In this document: in pieces, positions 11,409 to 25,800 of the stretch
How the letters are laid out: each line of letters starts with the position of its first letter
How positions within the stretch are numbered: position 1 is the first letter of the stretch
Origin: Ranitomeya imitator
Taxonomy: Eukaryota
Assembly (NCBI RefSeq): GCF_032444005.1
Contig: NC_091286.1
Coordinates: forward strand, 68,262,001-68,326,000
DNA: 64,000 bases
Reading direction: 5' to 3'
Notes under the pieces: generated by a model
Seen by the model: only the letters and a program-made list of their open reading frames with translations
What the model was told of the DNA's origin: nothing
Databases searched by the model: none
Made by a program: the position numbers and the translations under genes

Positions 11409-14400
11409 CCCCTTCGCGACATGCGCCGTACTAGTACTGCGCTGCCGGCACTGCATTAGTGCCAGCAGCAGTACTAGTACGGCGCACCGATCACCGCGGT
11501 CTCGCGCTGAGCGCCGCGGTGATCGGGTGCGGGGGTCAGCTGTATATGACAGCTGACACCCCGCAGCAATGCCCACGATCGGCTCTATCGCCGATCGCGG
11601 GCATTTAACCCCTCTGATGCCGCTGTCAGTAGTGACAGCGGCATAGAGGGGGATCGCGCAGGGACGGGGGCTCCCTGCGCTCTCCCACCGGAGCAACGCA
11701 ATGAGATCGCGTTGCTCCGGTGACCCGGAAGGAGTCCCTGGATCCAAGATGGCCGCCGGAATCCTTCCGGGTCATGAAGTGACCTGGCTAGCCGGCGCCT
11801 GCTGAGAGCAGGCGCTGGAAAGCCAGCTAAACTGCATGTCAGATCGTTGATCTGACAGTGTGCTATGCACAGTGTCAGATCAACGATCTGATCTAATACA
11901 GAGATGTCCCACCCTGGGACAATGTTAGAAAGTTAAAAAAAAAAAAAAAAAAAATAGAATGTGTAAAAAAAAATAAAAAAAAATCCCCCCCCCCAAAAAA
12001 AAAAAACATTTCCCAATAAATCCATCTATTTATGTAAAAAAAATAAATAAATAAATGTACACATATTTGGTATCGCCGCGTCCGTAACGACCCGCTCTAT
12101 AAAACTGTCCCACTAGTTAACCCCTTCAGTGAACACCGCAAAAAAAAAAAAAAAAAAAACAAGGCAAAAAACAACGCTTTATTATCATACAGGCGAACAA
12201 AAAGTGGAATAACACGCGATCAAAACGACGGATATAAATAACCATGGTACCGCTGAAAACGTCATCTTGTCCCGCAAAAAAAAAGCCGCCATACAGCATC
12301 ATCAGCAGAAAAATAAAAAAGTTATAGCTCTCAGAATAATGCGATGCAAAAACAATTATTTTTTTTATATAAAATAGTTTTTATTGTGTAAAAGCGCCAA
12401 AACATAAAAAAAATTACATAAATGAGGTATCGCTGTAATCGTACTGACCCGAAGAATAAAACTGCTTTATCCATTTTACCACACGTGGAACGGTATAAAC
12501 GCCCCCCCTAAAAGAAATTCAGGAATTGCTGGTTTTTGTTCATTCCGCCTCCCAAAAATCGGAATAAAAAGCGATCAAAAAATGTCATCTGCCCGAAAAT
12601 GTTACCAATAAAAACATCAACTCGTCCCGCAAAAAACAAGACCTCATATGACTCTGTGGGCCAAAATATGGATAAATTATAGCTCTCAAAATGTGGTGAT
12701 GCAAAAACTATTTTTTGCAATAAAAAGCGTCTTTTAGTGTGTAACAGCTGCCAATCATAAAAATCCGCCAAAAAAACGCTATAAAAGTAAATCAAACCCC
12801 CCTTCATCACCCCCTTAGTTAGGGAAAAATAATAAAATGTAAAAAAATGTATTTATTTCCATTTTCCCATTAGTGCTAGGGTTAGGGCTAGGGCTAGGGT
12901 TAGGGCTAGGGTTAGGGCTAGGGTTTCAGTTATAATTGGGGGTTTCCACTGTTTAGGCACATCAGGGGCTCTCCAAACGCGACATGGCGTCCGATCTCAA
13001 TTCCAGCCAATTCTGCTTTGAAAAAGTAAAACAGGGCTCCTTCCCTTCCGAGTTCTCCTGTGTGCCCAAACAGTGGTTCCCCCCAACATATGGGGTATCA
13101 GCGTTCTCAGGACAAGTTGGACAACAACTTTTAGGGTCCAATTTGTCCTGTTACCCTTGGGAAAATAAAAACATAGGGGATAAAATATCATTTTCGTGGA
13201 AAAAAAAATATTTTTTATTTTCACGGCTCTGCGTTATAAACTGTAGTGAAACACTTGTTGGTTCAAAGCTCTCACAACACATCTAGATAAGTTCCTTGGG
13301 GGGTCTAGTTTCCAATATGGGGTCACTTGTGGGGGGTTTCTACTGTTTAGGTACATCAGGGGCTCTGCAAATGCAACATGACGCCTACAGACCAATCCAT
13401 CTAAGTCTGCATTTCAAATGGCGCTCCTTCCCTTCCGAGCTCTGCCGTGCACCCAAACAGTGGTTCCCCCCAACATATGGGGTATCAGCGTTCTCAGGAC
13501 AAGTTGGACAACAACTTTTGGGCTCCAATTTCTCCTGTTACCCTTGGGGAAAAAAAATTGCGGGCTAAAACATCATTTTGTGGAAAGAAATAATGATTTT
13601 TTAATTTTCACAATGCTACATTCTAAACTTTAGTGAAACAATTGGGGGTTAAAAGTGCTCACCACACATCTAGATAAGTTCCTTAGGGGGTCTTCTTTCC
13701 AAAATGGGGTCACTTGTGGGGGGTTTCCACTGTTAAGGGATGTCAGGGGCTCTCCAAATGCGACATGGCGTCCGATCTCAATTCCAGCCAATTTTGCATT
13801 GAAAAGTCAAATGGCACTCCTTCCCTTCCGAGCTCTGCCATGCGCTCAAACAGTGGTTTATCCCCATATATGAAGTATCGACGTACTCAGGACAAATTGC
13901 ACAACAACTTTTGGGGTCCAATTTATCCTTTTACCCTTGGGAAAATAAAACATTTGGGGCAAAAAGATCATTTTTTGTGAAAATTAATAAAAAATTTTTT
14001 TTTACGGCTCTACATTATAAACTTCTGTGAAGCACTTGGAGGTTCAAAGTGCTCACCACACATCTAGATTAGTTCCTTAGGGGGTCTACTTTCCAAAATG
14101 GTGTCACTTGTGGGGGTTTCCACTGTTTAGGCACATCAGGGGCTCTCCAATCGTGACATGGGCTCCGATCTCAATTCCAGCAAATCTTGCATTGAAAAGT
14201 CAAATAGCGCTCCTTCCCTTCCGAGCTCTGCCATGTGCCCAAACAGTGGTTTACCCCCACATATGGGGTATCGGCGTACTCAGGACAAATTGTACAACGA
14301 ATTTTGTGGTCCAATTTCTCCTGTTACCCTTGGTAAAATGAAACAAATTGGACCTGAAGTAAAAATTTTGTGAAAAAAAAGTTAAATGTTCAATTTTTTT

Positions 14401-14990
14401 AAACATTCAAAAAATTCCTGTGAAGCACCTGAAGGGTTAATAAACTTTTTGAATGTGGTTTTGAGTACCTTGAGGGGTGCAGTTTTTAGAATGGTGTCAC
14501 TTTTGGGCATTTTCTGTCATATAGACCCCTCAAAGTCACTTCAAGTGTGAGGTGGTCCGTAAAAAAATGGTTTTGCAAATTTTGTTGCAAAAATGAGAAA
14601 TCGCTGGTCAACTTTTAACCCTTATAACGTCCTAACAAAAAAAAATTATGTTTCCAAAATTGTGCTGATGTAAAGCAGACATGTGGGAAATGTTGTTTAT
14701 TAACTATATTATGTGATATAACTCTCTAATTTAAGGGCATAAATACTAAGAGTTTGAAAATTGCTAAATTTTCATAATTTCAGACAAATTTTTTTTTTTT
14801 TCACAAATAAATGCAAGTCATATCGAAGAAGTTTTACCACTATCATGAAGTACAATATGTCACGAGAAAACAGTGTCAGAATCACCAGGATCCGTTGAAG
14901 CGTTTCAGAGTTATGACCTCAAAGTGACAGTGGTCAGAATTGTAAAAATTGGCCGTCACTTAGGTGAAAACAGGCTTTGGGGTGAAGGGG
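11409..14990 (-). mobile_element. Large non-autonomous piggyBac-like element (copy A)
   Basis: TTAA|CCCCTT ... AAGGGG|TTAA; about 4 tandem units of about 390 bp; (TTAGGG/CTAGGG)n at about 12875-12925; reverse orientation relative to copies B and C. Confidence 0.85.
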
Positions 14991-15640
14991 TTAATATAAT
15001 TACCTTACATTGTCTGTCATCCATTTCCATCTGGATGTCATCGAATCCAACAATCCACCACGCAGCACCGGAAATGTGCTGACCGCTAAACTTGAATATC
15101 CAAGTGATGGGTATTCCAATATGGCACCCGCTGGTGATACCAGGCCCTTGCGCAGTACCATCAGTGGGTCATCGCCGGCCCCCCGCTGCTGGGACTCCCC
15201 TGGTGCAAGGACCGCTCCCCACTGCTGGAATCCAGACCGCCGAATATGTACAGGGGTGTGACGAGACATCGGCCAATCAGAGGAAAGTGGGCGCGTCCAA
15301 GGTCTGGAGTGGGTAAATTTTAAATATGGAGCCAACAGCTGTGCTGTGACAGTTACCAGTACGGAACCAACGGCCGACGGTTACAGGGAGCGGAGGGGGA
15401 GGCGCAGCAGAGGCACTGCTGTACACATTCTGGTGTCTGAGGTAGGAATGAAGCGGAGCAGTGATACAGCCGTGCCATGTTTAAGAGGTATAGAGAGCTG
15501 TTAGTGGTATGGCCCTGTGCGGCGACTGCAAAATGAGACTGTGGTGCGGGGCCTGCGCAGAGGGATGTGTTACTGGCCTTTGGGGGAGGGTTGTGTGTGT
15601 GTGTCCTTCTCACTGCACAGATGCAGTAGAGCTGAGCCTG

Positions 15641-15726
15641 GTATGTATGTATGTATGTATGTATGTATGTATGTATGTATGTATGTATGTATGTATGTAT
15701 GTACACACACACACACACTATATATA
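15641..15726. repeat. Compound microsatellite (GTAT)n(CA)n(TA)n
   Basis: Direct reading; it abuts the Helitron 5' end. Confidence 0.9.
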
Positions 15727-16505
15727 ATTGTCTAAGGGTCACTTCCGTCCGTCTGTCCTTCTGTTTTTCTTTCTGTCATGGATATTCATTGATTGCAGCC
15801 TCTGTCTGTCATGGAAATCCAAGTCGCTGATTGGTCGTGGCAAAATGCTCACGACCATTGCCACAACCAATCAGCGACAGGCACAGTCCGACGGCAACAT
15901 AGCCACTCCTTCCGCCCCGCAGTCAGTGCCCGCTCCATACTCCCCTTCAGTCAGCCCTCACACAGGGTTAATGGCAGTGTTAATGGACCGCGTTATGCCG
16001 CGGTGTAACGCACTCCATTAACGCTGCTATTAACCCTGTGTGACTAACTTTTTACCGTACTATTGATGATGCGTATGCAGCATCAATAGTAAAAAGATCT
16101 AATGTTACAAATAATAATAAAAACAAAACATTATTCTCACCCTCCGACGTGCGCGGTGTCCTCAGCAGTGCAAGTGGCAGGCTCCGGTGCCAATGATGCT
16201 ATGCGAGAAGGACCTTCCATGACGTCACGGTCATGTGACCGCAAGCAAAGTCATCACAGGTCCTGCGCTCATACCAACCCTGGGACCGGAAGCTGCCAAG
16301 TGCACCACACAGGCGCCAGGACTACAAGGGGCCCCTCAGAATGTGAGTATATGTTTATTTTTTATTTTAAGTGTTTTTTTAACCTGTTACTTACGTGGCT
16401 GGGCAATATACTACGTCGCTGTGCAATATACTACGTGGCTGGGCAATATACTACGTGGGCATGCATATTCTATAATACCCGATGCGTTAGAATCGGGCCA
16501 CCATT
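15718..16505 (+). mobile_element. Non-autonomous Helitron (family 1), terminal CTAG lost
   Basis: Head tatataattgtctaagggtcacttccgtc matches the copy ending at 62949; 20-bp tandem gggcaatatactacgtggct; 3' hairpin CCCGATGCGTTAGAATCGGG at 16478-16497 followed by ccaccatTAAA instead of ccaccatCTAG. Confidence 0.75.
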
Positions 16506-16640
16506 AAAATATATGTATATGTCAAAATTGGAACAGCATCACGTATTACCGCAGTTGTCGTGCAGCGCTTTCCCAACCAATGTTCAAATGGCTTTTAATA
16601 ATAGAGATAAAAAAGGAAAACAGCACAAAAATTAAAGAAA

Positions 16641-16687
16641 AACGGGCTTGAGAAAGGATACCATATCCGAAACGTTGACACGCCGTT
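16641..16687 (+). ncRNA. Candidate minimal type-I hammerhead ribozyme (Penelope-like element type, U3:A8 core variant)
   Basis: aacgggc TTGAGAA a GGATA-cca-TATCC GAAA CGTT g acacg ccgtt: core, stem II, GAAA, palindromic ACGT helix III, and aacgg/ccgtt stem I. Confidence 0.5.
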
Positions 16688-16711
16688 CAGGCATTAAAGC
16701 ACATACACACA

Positions 16712-16802
16712 TACTATATATATATATATATATATACATACACACTCCTCGCATGTTAATTTCACCACACTCACGATGCCATAGCATCGGGCCTATTTCT
16801 AG
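16712..16802 (+). mobile_element. Second Helitron-type 3' terminus
   Basis: Hairpin cgatgc-cata-gcatcg followed by CTAG|T at 16799-16803, with (TA)n upstream. Confidence 0.6.
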
Positions 16803-18696
16803 TTACAGAATAAACATAATTCAGATATCAAAAGGAGTGAGGTCTCTGCTCGTAAGGCTTCTCCCTGCTCCAGTCCGGTTGGTTGGTATATTTGGAGAGA
16901 TACCTGTCAATGGGAGAAAAATGTCCATCAACTGAAGCAGAGCTGGGAGACGCTGATTGGGGTAATCATTGGATTGTCTCCATCCCTACAGTACATGGAT
17001 GGCTCAATCTAGTTGTCGCTGAAACGTCAGAGAATTTCAGATGAAAAGATACCCGACAACCACTGTGCAGCCGGGCTCCGATTCTCACTTTGGGCAGCAT
17101 GAATCTAGTGACAGATTCCCTTGAAGAAGTGACAATACTTCTGTCAATATATACTGTGTTTAGGATATGTTTAGATGGGCGCCAAGTTGTAAAAACAAGG
17201 ATTTATTGAGTGATGTGTTTACTGTAACTCTGCAGGTTGCTTCTGAGTAAATGAACTTTGGCACAATGAATATAACCAAGTACATAGTAACATAGCTAGT
17301 AAGGCTGGAAAAAAAAAAAAAGACCCAAGTCCAACTAGATTAGCTTACTATCCTCTGGACGAAGACAAAACAATATTGTGAGAGATGTCAACCATTCTCA
17401 AGTTACAAGAATTTGTGTTTATTTCTAAGTATTAAAGATAATCCTGCATTGTTAAATATAATTACAGCCATTGTCAACCTGCCTGAAGTCAGCGCAACAT
17501 CACGACTATACAGGTGACCGCTGCAGCCAGTCACAGGATTCAGCAACAAAGCCGATGTAAACAACATTTTTAATCACCGCTTTACACATTTTCAGCAGTG
17601 TATGTGCAATGGAGGCCAGGGGGGTAGTCGTGGCTAACGGTGGCAATGCTGGCACACCCAGGCTCTCCGCCACATTAACACATCATAGTCCACTCACTTT
17701 TAAGTTATTGTACTTTCCACACTGTCGGGGCTCCTTTCCTTTTAACACCACGCAATGATAGTCCAAGTTCATCTTCAACAAAACAATTTTACTCAGCCCG
17801 TTCAGTTTAGTCACAGAAACAGCACAAGATAATTCGCATTATATCACCCTTCCATTCCCTGTACTGTCCCTCACTCCTCCAGGAATAGCACATTTCTGCA
17901 CCAGATCCGCCGATACCGCAGCTTCCTGACTGGTCAGATTAACCAGCTTCAGGAGTTCCCCTCCCACCTCCCTCTCCGAAGGTGAAGTTGAAGGATGGCT
18001 CTTCCATTCCTTGCTAGGAGGTAGGCCTCTGACGTTAAGGGTTGTTCCCATGAAGTTAGCTGCTACCATTCTTATGCTGCCCTCAGTAGCGTAGCTACCA
18101 GGGGGCAGAGGGTGCTGGCGCCTTGGGCCCAGTGCTCTGAGGAGGCCCACCCGAAGCTATGCTATTGTAACTATCGGCGTGCACAGCCCCAATACAGTTA
18201 CAATCTGGTGCAGAGCAGGGAGAATCGATCTCCCTGCTCTGCTGCCCGACCGCTGTGGGGCTCCTGAGCAGGCGGGGGGGGCCCGATGCCAGCAGTGGGC
18301 CCCCCAGCCGTCATCGGAAGATCCGCTGTACAGGCATTTAGCCAATACAGCTGACCGCAATGATGGGAGAAGGAGCATTGCGCTCCTTCTCCCATAATCC
18401 CCCTTTCAGTGTCGGCATCTGACGTCGCCGACACGGACAGCGGGCGTGATGACATCACTGCCCGGCGCCCGCTGTCAGATCAGCAGGAGCAGCGCAGGAA
18501 CCAGGAAGAAGAGGTGAGTATTTATTTTTTTTATTTTTTTTTTTAATGTGTGCTGCTACAGGGTCTAACTATGGGGGGGCTGCCTTATTACAGGGTCTGA
18601 CTACAGGGGGCTGCCTTATTACAGGGTCTGCCGCCTCATTACCGGGTCTGCCTATGGGGGTGCTGCCTTATACTACAGAGTTTGCCTATAGGTGCA

Positions 18697-19085
18697 ATAA
18701 TAGGGACACATACGGCAGCAGCGGCTCAGTATTGGGGTATCAGCTGCAGTAATAGGGAAACATACGGCAGCAGCGGCTCAGTATTGGGGTATCAGCTGCA
18801 GTAATAGGGACACATACGGCAGCAGCGGCTCAGTATTGGGGTATCAGCTGCAGTAATAGGGAAACATACGGCAGCAGTGGCTCAGTATTGGGGTATCAGC
18901 TGCAGTAATAGGGAAACATACGGCAGCAGTGGCTCAGTATTGGGGTATCAGCTGCAGTAATAGGGACTATTGGGCTATCAGCTGCAGTAATAGGGAAACA
19001 TACGGCAGCAGTGGCTCAGTATTGGGGTATCAGGGGCAGTAATAGGGACACATACGGCAGCAGCGGCTCAGTATTGGGGTATCAG
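18697..19085. repeat. 52-bp minisatellite (about 7 copies)
   Basis: Unit gtaatagggaaacatacggcagcagcggctcagtattggggtatcagctgca in direct tandem with no spacers. Confidence 0.9.
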
Positions 19086-19369
19086 TAGGATGAGGAGTTT
19101 GTGCAGGTTGGGAATAGACAGTGATGGGGCTGGTATGTGAGAAGTGAAATGTGTCTGTAGTATTCTCTGCAGACGATTTGTAGCTGGAAGAAGTGGTCAT
19201 GTCGGTCTGGGCCGGATGGAAAAGATGTGAAAAATGAATGATTCCATCAGAGAACGTCAGCGGTAAGACATTATCTGTAACTGTGCAGTGATCTGTTTTA
19301 TGTTCTGTAGGACTGGTATCTACCACTGACCATATGGCGCTAATATCTATGTTGGTCTTTATATAGAGT

Positions 19370-20242
19370 CTAGATGGTGGCCCGATTCTAACGCATCGGG
19401 TATTCTAGTATATGTATGTAGTTTATTTATGAAGTTTTCAGAATAATGGAACTTATAAACAGGATTCGGCTGGCCGGGCGTGACCAATTAGCGAAGCGAT
19501 GTTCAAATTCTGCGCCAATTCGTGGCCGGACTGCCTGTTGCTGATTGTTCGCGGCTGGCCGGACGTGACCAATCAGTGAAGCCAGGGCCGGCTCCAGGTT
19601 TTTGAGGGCCCCGGGCGAAAGAGTCTCAGTGGGCCCCCCTCTTTAACACATACCACGATTCATGATGCACAGATACAGCAGAAATATACCACAGCCCACG
19701 CAGGGTATAACACAGCCCACGCAGGGTATAACACAGCCCACGTAGTAAATAGCCATGTGGGCACCATATCTGTTAAAAAAAAATAAAAGAATTAAAATAA
19801 AAAATAGTTATATACTCACCTTCCGTCGGCCCCCGGATCCAGGCAAGGCGTTTAGCGATGCTCCTCGAGACGCTCCGGTCCCAAGAATGCATTGCGGCCT
19901 CGCGAGACCACTACGTCATCTCGCGAGACCGCAATGCATGGCCCGGAGCGTCGCGAGGAGCGGGAAAGGCACCGGAAGGCGAGTATATAATGATTTTTTT
20001 TATTTTTAACATTAGATCTTTTTACTATTGATGCTGCATAGGCAGCATCAATAGTATAAAGTTGGTCACGCAGGGTTAATAGCAGCGTTAACGGACTGCG
20101 TTACACCGCGGCATAAAGCAGCCATTAACCCCGTGTGAGCGCTGACTGGAGGGGAGTATGGAGGGGGCACAGAGTAGGAAGGGGCGAATTCGCAGCCTGA
20201 CTGTGCCAGTCGCTGCTTGACGTGGGATTCCCACGACAGACA
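19370..20242 (-). mobile_element. Non-autonomous Helitron (family 1), 5' end lost in the gap
   Basis: ctagatggtggcccgattctaacgcatcggg is the reverse complement of hairpin plus CTAG; shares the internal stem-loop tactattgatgctgc...gcagcatcaatagta. Confidence 0.75.
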
Positions 20243-20422
20243 NNNNNNNNNNNNNNNNNNNNNNNNNNNNNNNNNNNNNNNNNNNNNNNNNNNNNNNNNN
20301 NNNNNNNNNNNNNNNNNNNNNNNNNNNNNNNNNNNNNNNNNNNNNNNNNNNNNNNNNNNNNNNNNNNNNNNNNNNNNNNNNNNNNNNNNNNNNNNNNNNN
20401 NNNNNNNNNNNNNNNNNNNNNN
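20243..20422. other. Assembly gap (180 N)
   Basis: N run. Confidence 1.
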
Positions 20423-20550
20423 AAGAAATACTCCAGGCTACATCACAGCAACAAGCCACCTATGTGATACATACCTCTCGTCGACTACACACCCTTTAGC
20501 CATGCTACAACACATACATATATACACACATACATATATACATACACACA

Positions 20551-22172
<1,622 letters not shown>

Positions 22173-22934
22173 GTGTGTGTGTGTGCAGGGAAGGGGGTGG
22201 ACAAAAGTCGGACGCTTCGCTCCCCTTGAACCAAATCCCTAGCTACGCCTCTGGCTGCCCTGATAATCCTCCACCACCATATGACTGTCAGCTCTTAGGC
22301 CCTGGACTGCTGGGCTCCTCTGCTTAAACGTTCCCCTGGACACAACTGTCCTGTCCTTGCTGCCGGCTTACACACTAACTACCCCAGGAAGCTCCCCCCA
22401 ACTACTTTTTTTAGCTCGTCCTAGCCAGACAAATCCTATTGGTGCAACTAATCCTTATCCTACTGTACTCCCACTACTGATCCAAGTCCTACACTATCCC
22501 TATATCTTTGCAACACAAACATAGGTACAATGCATTATACAATATATCAACATCACCTAAAATATGGAATATACCGCTTTTATCAGGAACATATGGAAGG
22601 AGTGCAGGGCATTAAACTGCCCTGCCCCCACTCCTTTCATAAGCAATCAGCAAGCCCAACATGGAAGAGATACATATTCTTCCATTAATTTTTCTTTGAG
22701 TTTGCGAGTTCCACTTCTGATTACAAATACAGACGGAAAACGCTAACTAAAGAAAGTGTGAATGTTGCCTCACCTATAATATATTAGAGAAATGAAACAA
22801 AGATCAACCATGACTTCACGTAGTGGGATCTAAAAAACAAACTAACATGTGTTTGCTTGTTTTGGTTCACTGAAAACCATCCACAACAGAGTGCAAAACA
22901 ATGGATCTTGCACTCAAATTTTCCTGCAGACTTA

Positions 22935-24552
22935 CAGTTGTGCTCAAAAGTTTACATACCCCAGCAGAATTTTTGCTTTCTTGGACTTTTTTCAGAGAAT
23001 ATGAAATACAATGCCAAAACTTTCTCCATTCATGGTTAGTGGTTGGGTGAAGCCATTTATTGTCAAACTACCGTGTTTTCTCTTTCTAAATCATAATGAC
23101 AACCCAAAACATCAAAATTACCCTGATCAAAAGTTCACATACCCTGGAGATTTTGGCAAGATAACATGCACAGAAAAGTTGACACAAATGGGTTTGAATG
23201 GCTAGTAAAGGTAACATCCTCATCTGTGACCTGTTTGCGTGTTATCATTGTGTGTGCATGAAAGCTGAGTGAGTTTCTGGGATCCAGACAGACTCGCATC
23301 TTTCATCCAGCCACTGACATTTCTGGATTGTGAGTCTTTGGGAAAGCAAAAGAATTGTCAACGAATCTATGGGAAAAGGTAGTTGAACTGTATAAAATAG
23401 GAAAGGGATACAAAAAAAGATATCCAAGGAATTGATAATGCCAGTCAGCAGCGTTCAAACGGTGATTAACAAATGGAAAATCAGGGGCTCTAAAAACAAA
23501 ACCACGGTCAGACAGACCAAGAAAAATGTCGTCCACAACTGCCAGGAAAATTGTTCAGGATGCAAAGAAAAACCTACAAGTAACATCAGCTGAAATACTG
23601 GATTCTCTAAAAACTAGCGATGTGGCTGTTTCAAGATGCACAATAAGGGGGCAATTGAATAAAAATGGGCTGCATGGTCGAGTCGCCAGAAGAAAGCCAT
23701 TACAGCACAAATGCCACAAAGTATCTTGCCAACAATACGCCAAACAGCACAGAGACAAGCTTCAAAACTTCTGCAGCAAGATAATTTGGAGTATTGAGAG
23801 CAAAATTTAACTTTTTGGCCACAACGATAAACGTTACATTTGGAGAGAGGTCAACAAGGCCTATGATGAAAGGAACACCAATCCAACTGAACGCACGGAG
23901 GTGGATCGCTGATGTTTTGTGGGGAATGTGCGAGCTACAAAGGCACAGAAACTTGGTAAATTTGAAGGAAAGATGAATGCTGCACGTTATCAGCAAATAC
24001 TGGAGGCAAATTTGCAATTATCAGCCCAGAAGCTGCACATGGGACGTACTTGGATGTTCCAAAATGACAACGATCCAAAAGACAAGGCCAAGACAACCTG
24101 TCATTGGCTACAGCAGAACAAAGTCAAGGTTCTGGAGTGGCCATCTCAGTCTCCTGACCTCAATATCATTGAGCCACTTTGGCAGTTCATGCTACACAGC
24201 CCAGGAATTTACAAGAACTGGAGTTTTTTTTTGCCAAGAAGAGTGGGCAATTATGAACCTCATCCACAACTACCACAAAAGACTTTAATCCGTCATTGAT
24301 GTTAGAGGGGGAAATACACGGTATTAAGCAATGGGATATGTGAACGTTTGATCAGGGTCATTTGGATGTTTTGGGTTGTCATTAGGATTTAAAAAGAGAA
24401 AACAGTAGTTTGACAATAAATGGTTTCACCCAATCACTGACCATGAATGGAGAAAAAATGTTGGTGTTATTCATTTTCTCTGAAAAAAAAAAAAAAAAAA
24501 AAACAAGAAAGCAAAAATTCTGTTGGGGTATGTAAACTTTTGAGCACAACTG
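22935..24552 (+). mobile_element. Tc1/mariner element, degenerate transposase
   Basis: TIRs cagttgtgctcaaaagtttacatacc / ggtatgtaaacttttgagcacaactg with TA TSD. Fragments GKAKELSTNLWEKVVELY..., FQNDNDPKD, SPDLNIIEPLW; several frameshifts. Confidence 0.92.
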
Positions 24553-25418
24553 TATATAACAAGAAAAAAACAGAGCAGCTGGGGACTGGTATTCTCAGGC
24601 TGTAAGAGGCTATGGATATTGACTCACCCCTCCCCGCAACCTAAACATAGCAGCCCGCTGCTGCCCAAAAAAGGCACATCGATTAGATGCGCCAATTCTG
24701 GCACTTTGCCCAGCTCTTCCCACTAGCCCTGTAGCGGTGGCAAGTGGGGTAATATTTGTGGGGTTGATGTCACCTTTATATTGTCTGGTGACATCAAGCC
24801 CACGGCTTAGTGATAGAACACCTATCCTTTACATATCTTTTAGATTGTATGGTAAATAAACACACAGCCAGAATAAAGTCATTTAAAGTGAGAGAAAAAA
24901 AAAAAACACACTTTCACTTTTATTTAAAAATAAACAGTTATATTCACAAATCGCCCATTCCATTGGAGCCCTCATCCCCTGTAATAAAACTAAAAAAGAA
25001 AAAAAAAAAACCACAACATACTTCTCCTGTGCTACGTTTTGTCCCACGCCGTAATCCATGTCTGGTGATAAAGTTTTCAACCTAGACAGTGCTAAGTTAC
25101 GATCGTCCAGGCTGATCAATGAGCTTCAGCGAGCAGCATCAGTGACCTCATCGAGGTTCATGCCGGTCACTGTGGTGACTTCAGCACCATGAGAAAAAGT
25201 CACTGATCAAAGATCTGCAGTGAACGCAATTCCAAATTTTAATTTTATTTTTTCCATGCAAATGGGGTTTAAAAAAAAAAAAAAAAAAGTCCCCAAGTGT
25301 GAACAACCCCTTTAAAGCTGCAACTGAGGGAATCAAGAGCTGGAATTGGAACTAAATATGATTATGAGGTGGTTGAAGAAGCCCAAGGTCTACCTGTGAT
25401 ACACTGATGTGTGAATAA

Positions 25419-25800
25419 GGCTATGTGCACACGTTGCGGATTGGGGTGCAGAATTTTCTGCACAAAATCCGCATCTCCTGGTAGAAAACGCATATGCAGA
25501 TTTGACACGTTTTTTAATGCGGATTTTGTGCGTTTTTGTTGCGGATTTTCTGTTGATTTCATGCGTTTTTTTCCACTGCGGATTTCTATAAATGAAGGGT
25601 GCAGAAATGCTGTAGATCCGCACAAAAGAAGTAAAATGTGGCTTCTTTTGTTCCGCAAAGTTTTTCATGCAGAATTTTCAGCACCAATAGCACAGCAATT
25701 TTTTTCTATCGATTTACATTGTACTGTAAATCACTTTGCGGATCTGCACGAAAAAAAACGATGCGGATCCGCACTAAATCCGCATTGTGTGCACACAGCC
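25419..25800. mobile_element. Harbinger-type (Tourist-like) MITE
   Basis: TIR GGCTATGTGCACAC / GTGTGCACACAGCC with TAA TSD; rich in tgcgg/ccgca motifs. Confidence 0.8.

Noticed and set aside
15015-15351. Short LTR-like segment (tgtca...tgaca)
   Set aside because: There is no TSD and no second copy, so the class cannot be supported.
18697-19085. CRISPR-like array
   Set aside because: The 52-bp units are contiguous with no unique spacers, there are no cas genes, and the context is eukaryotic.
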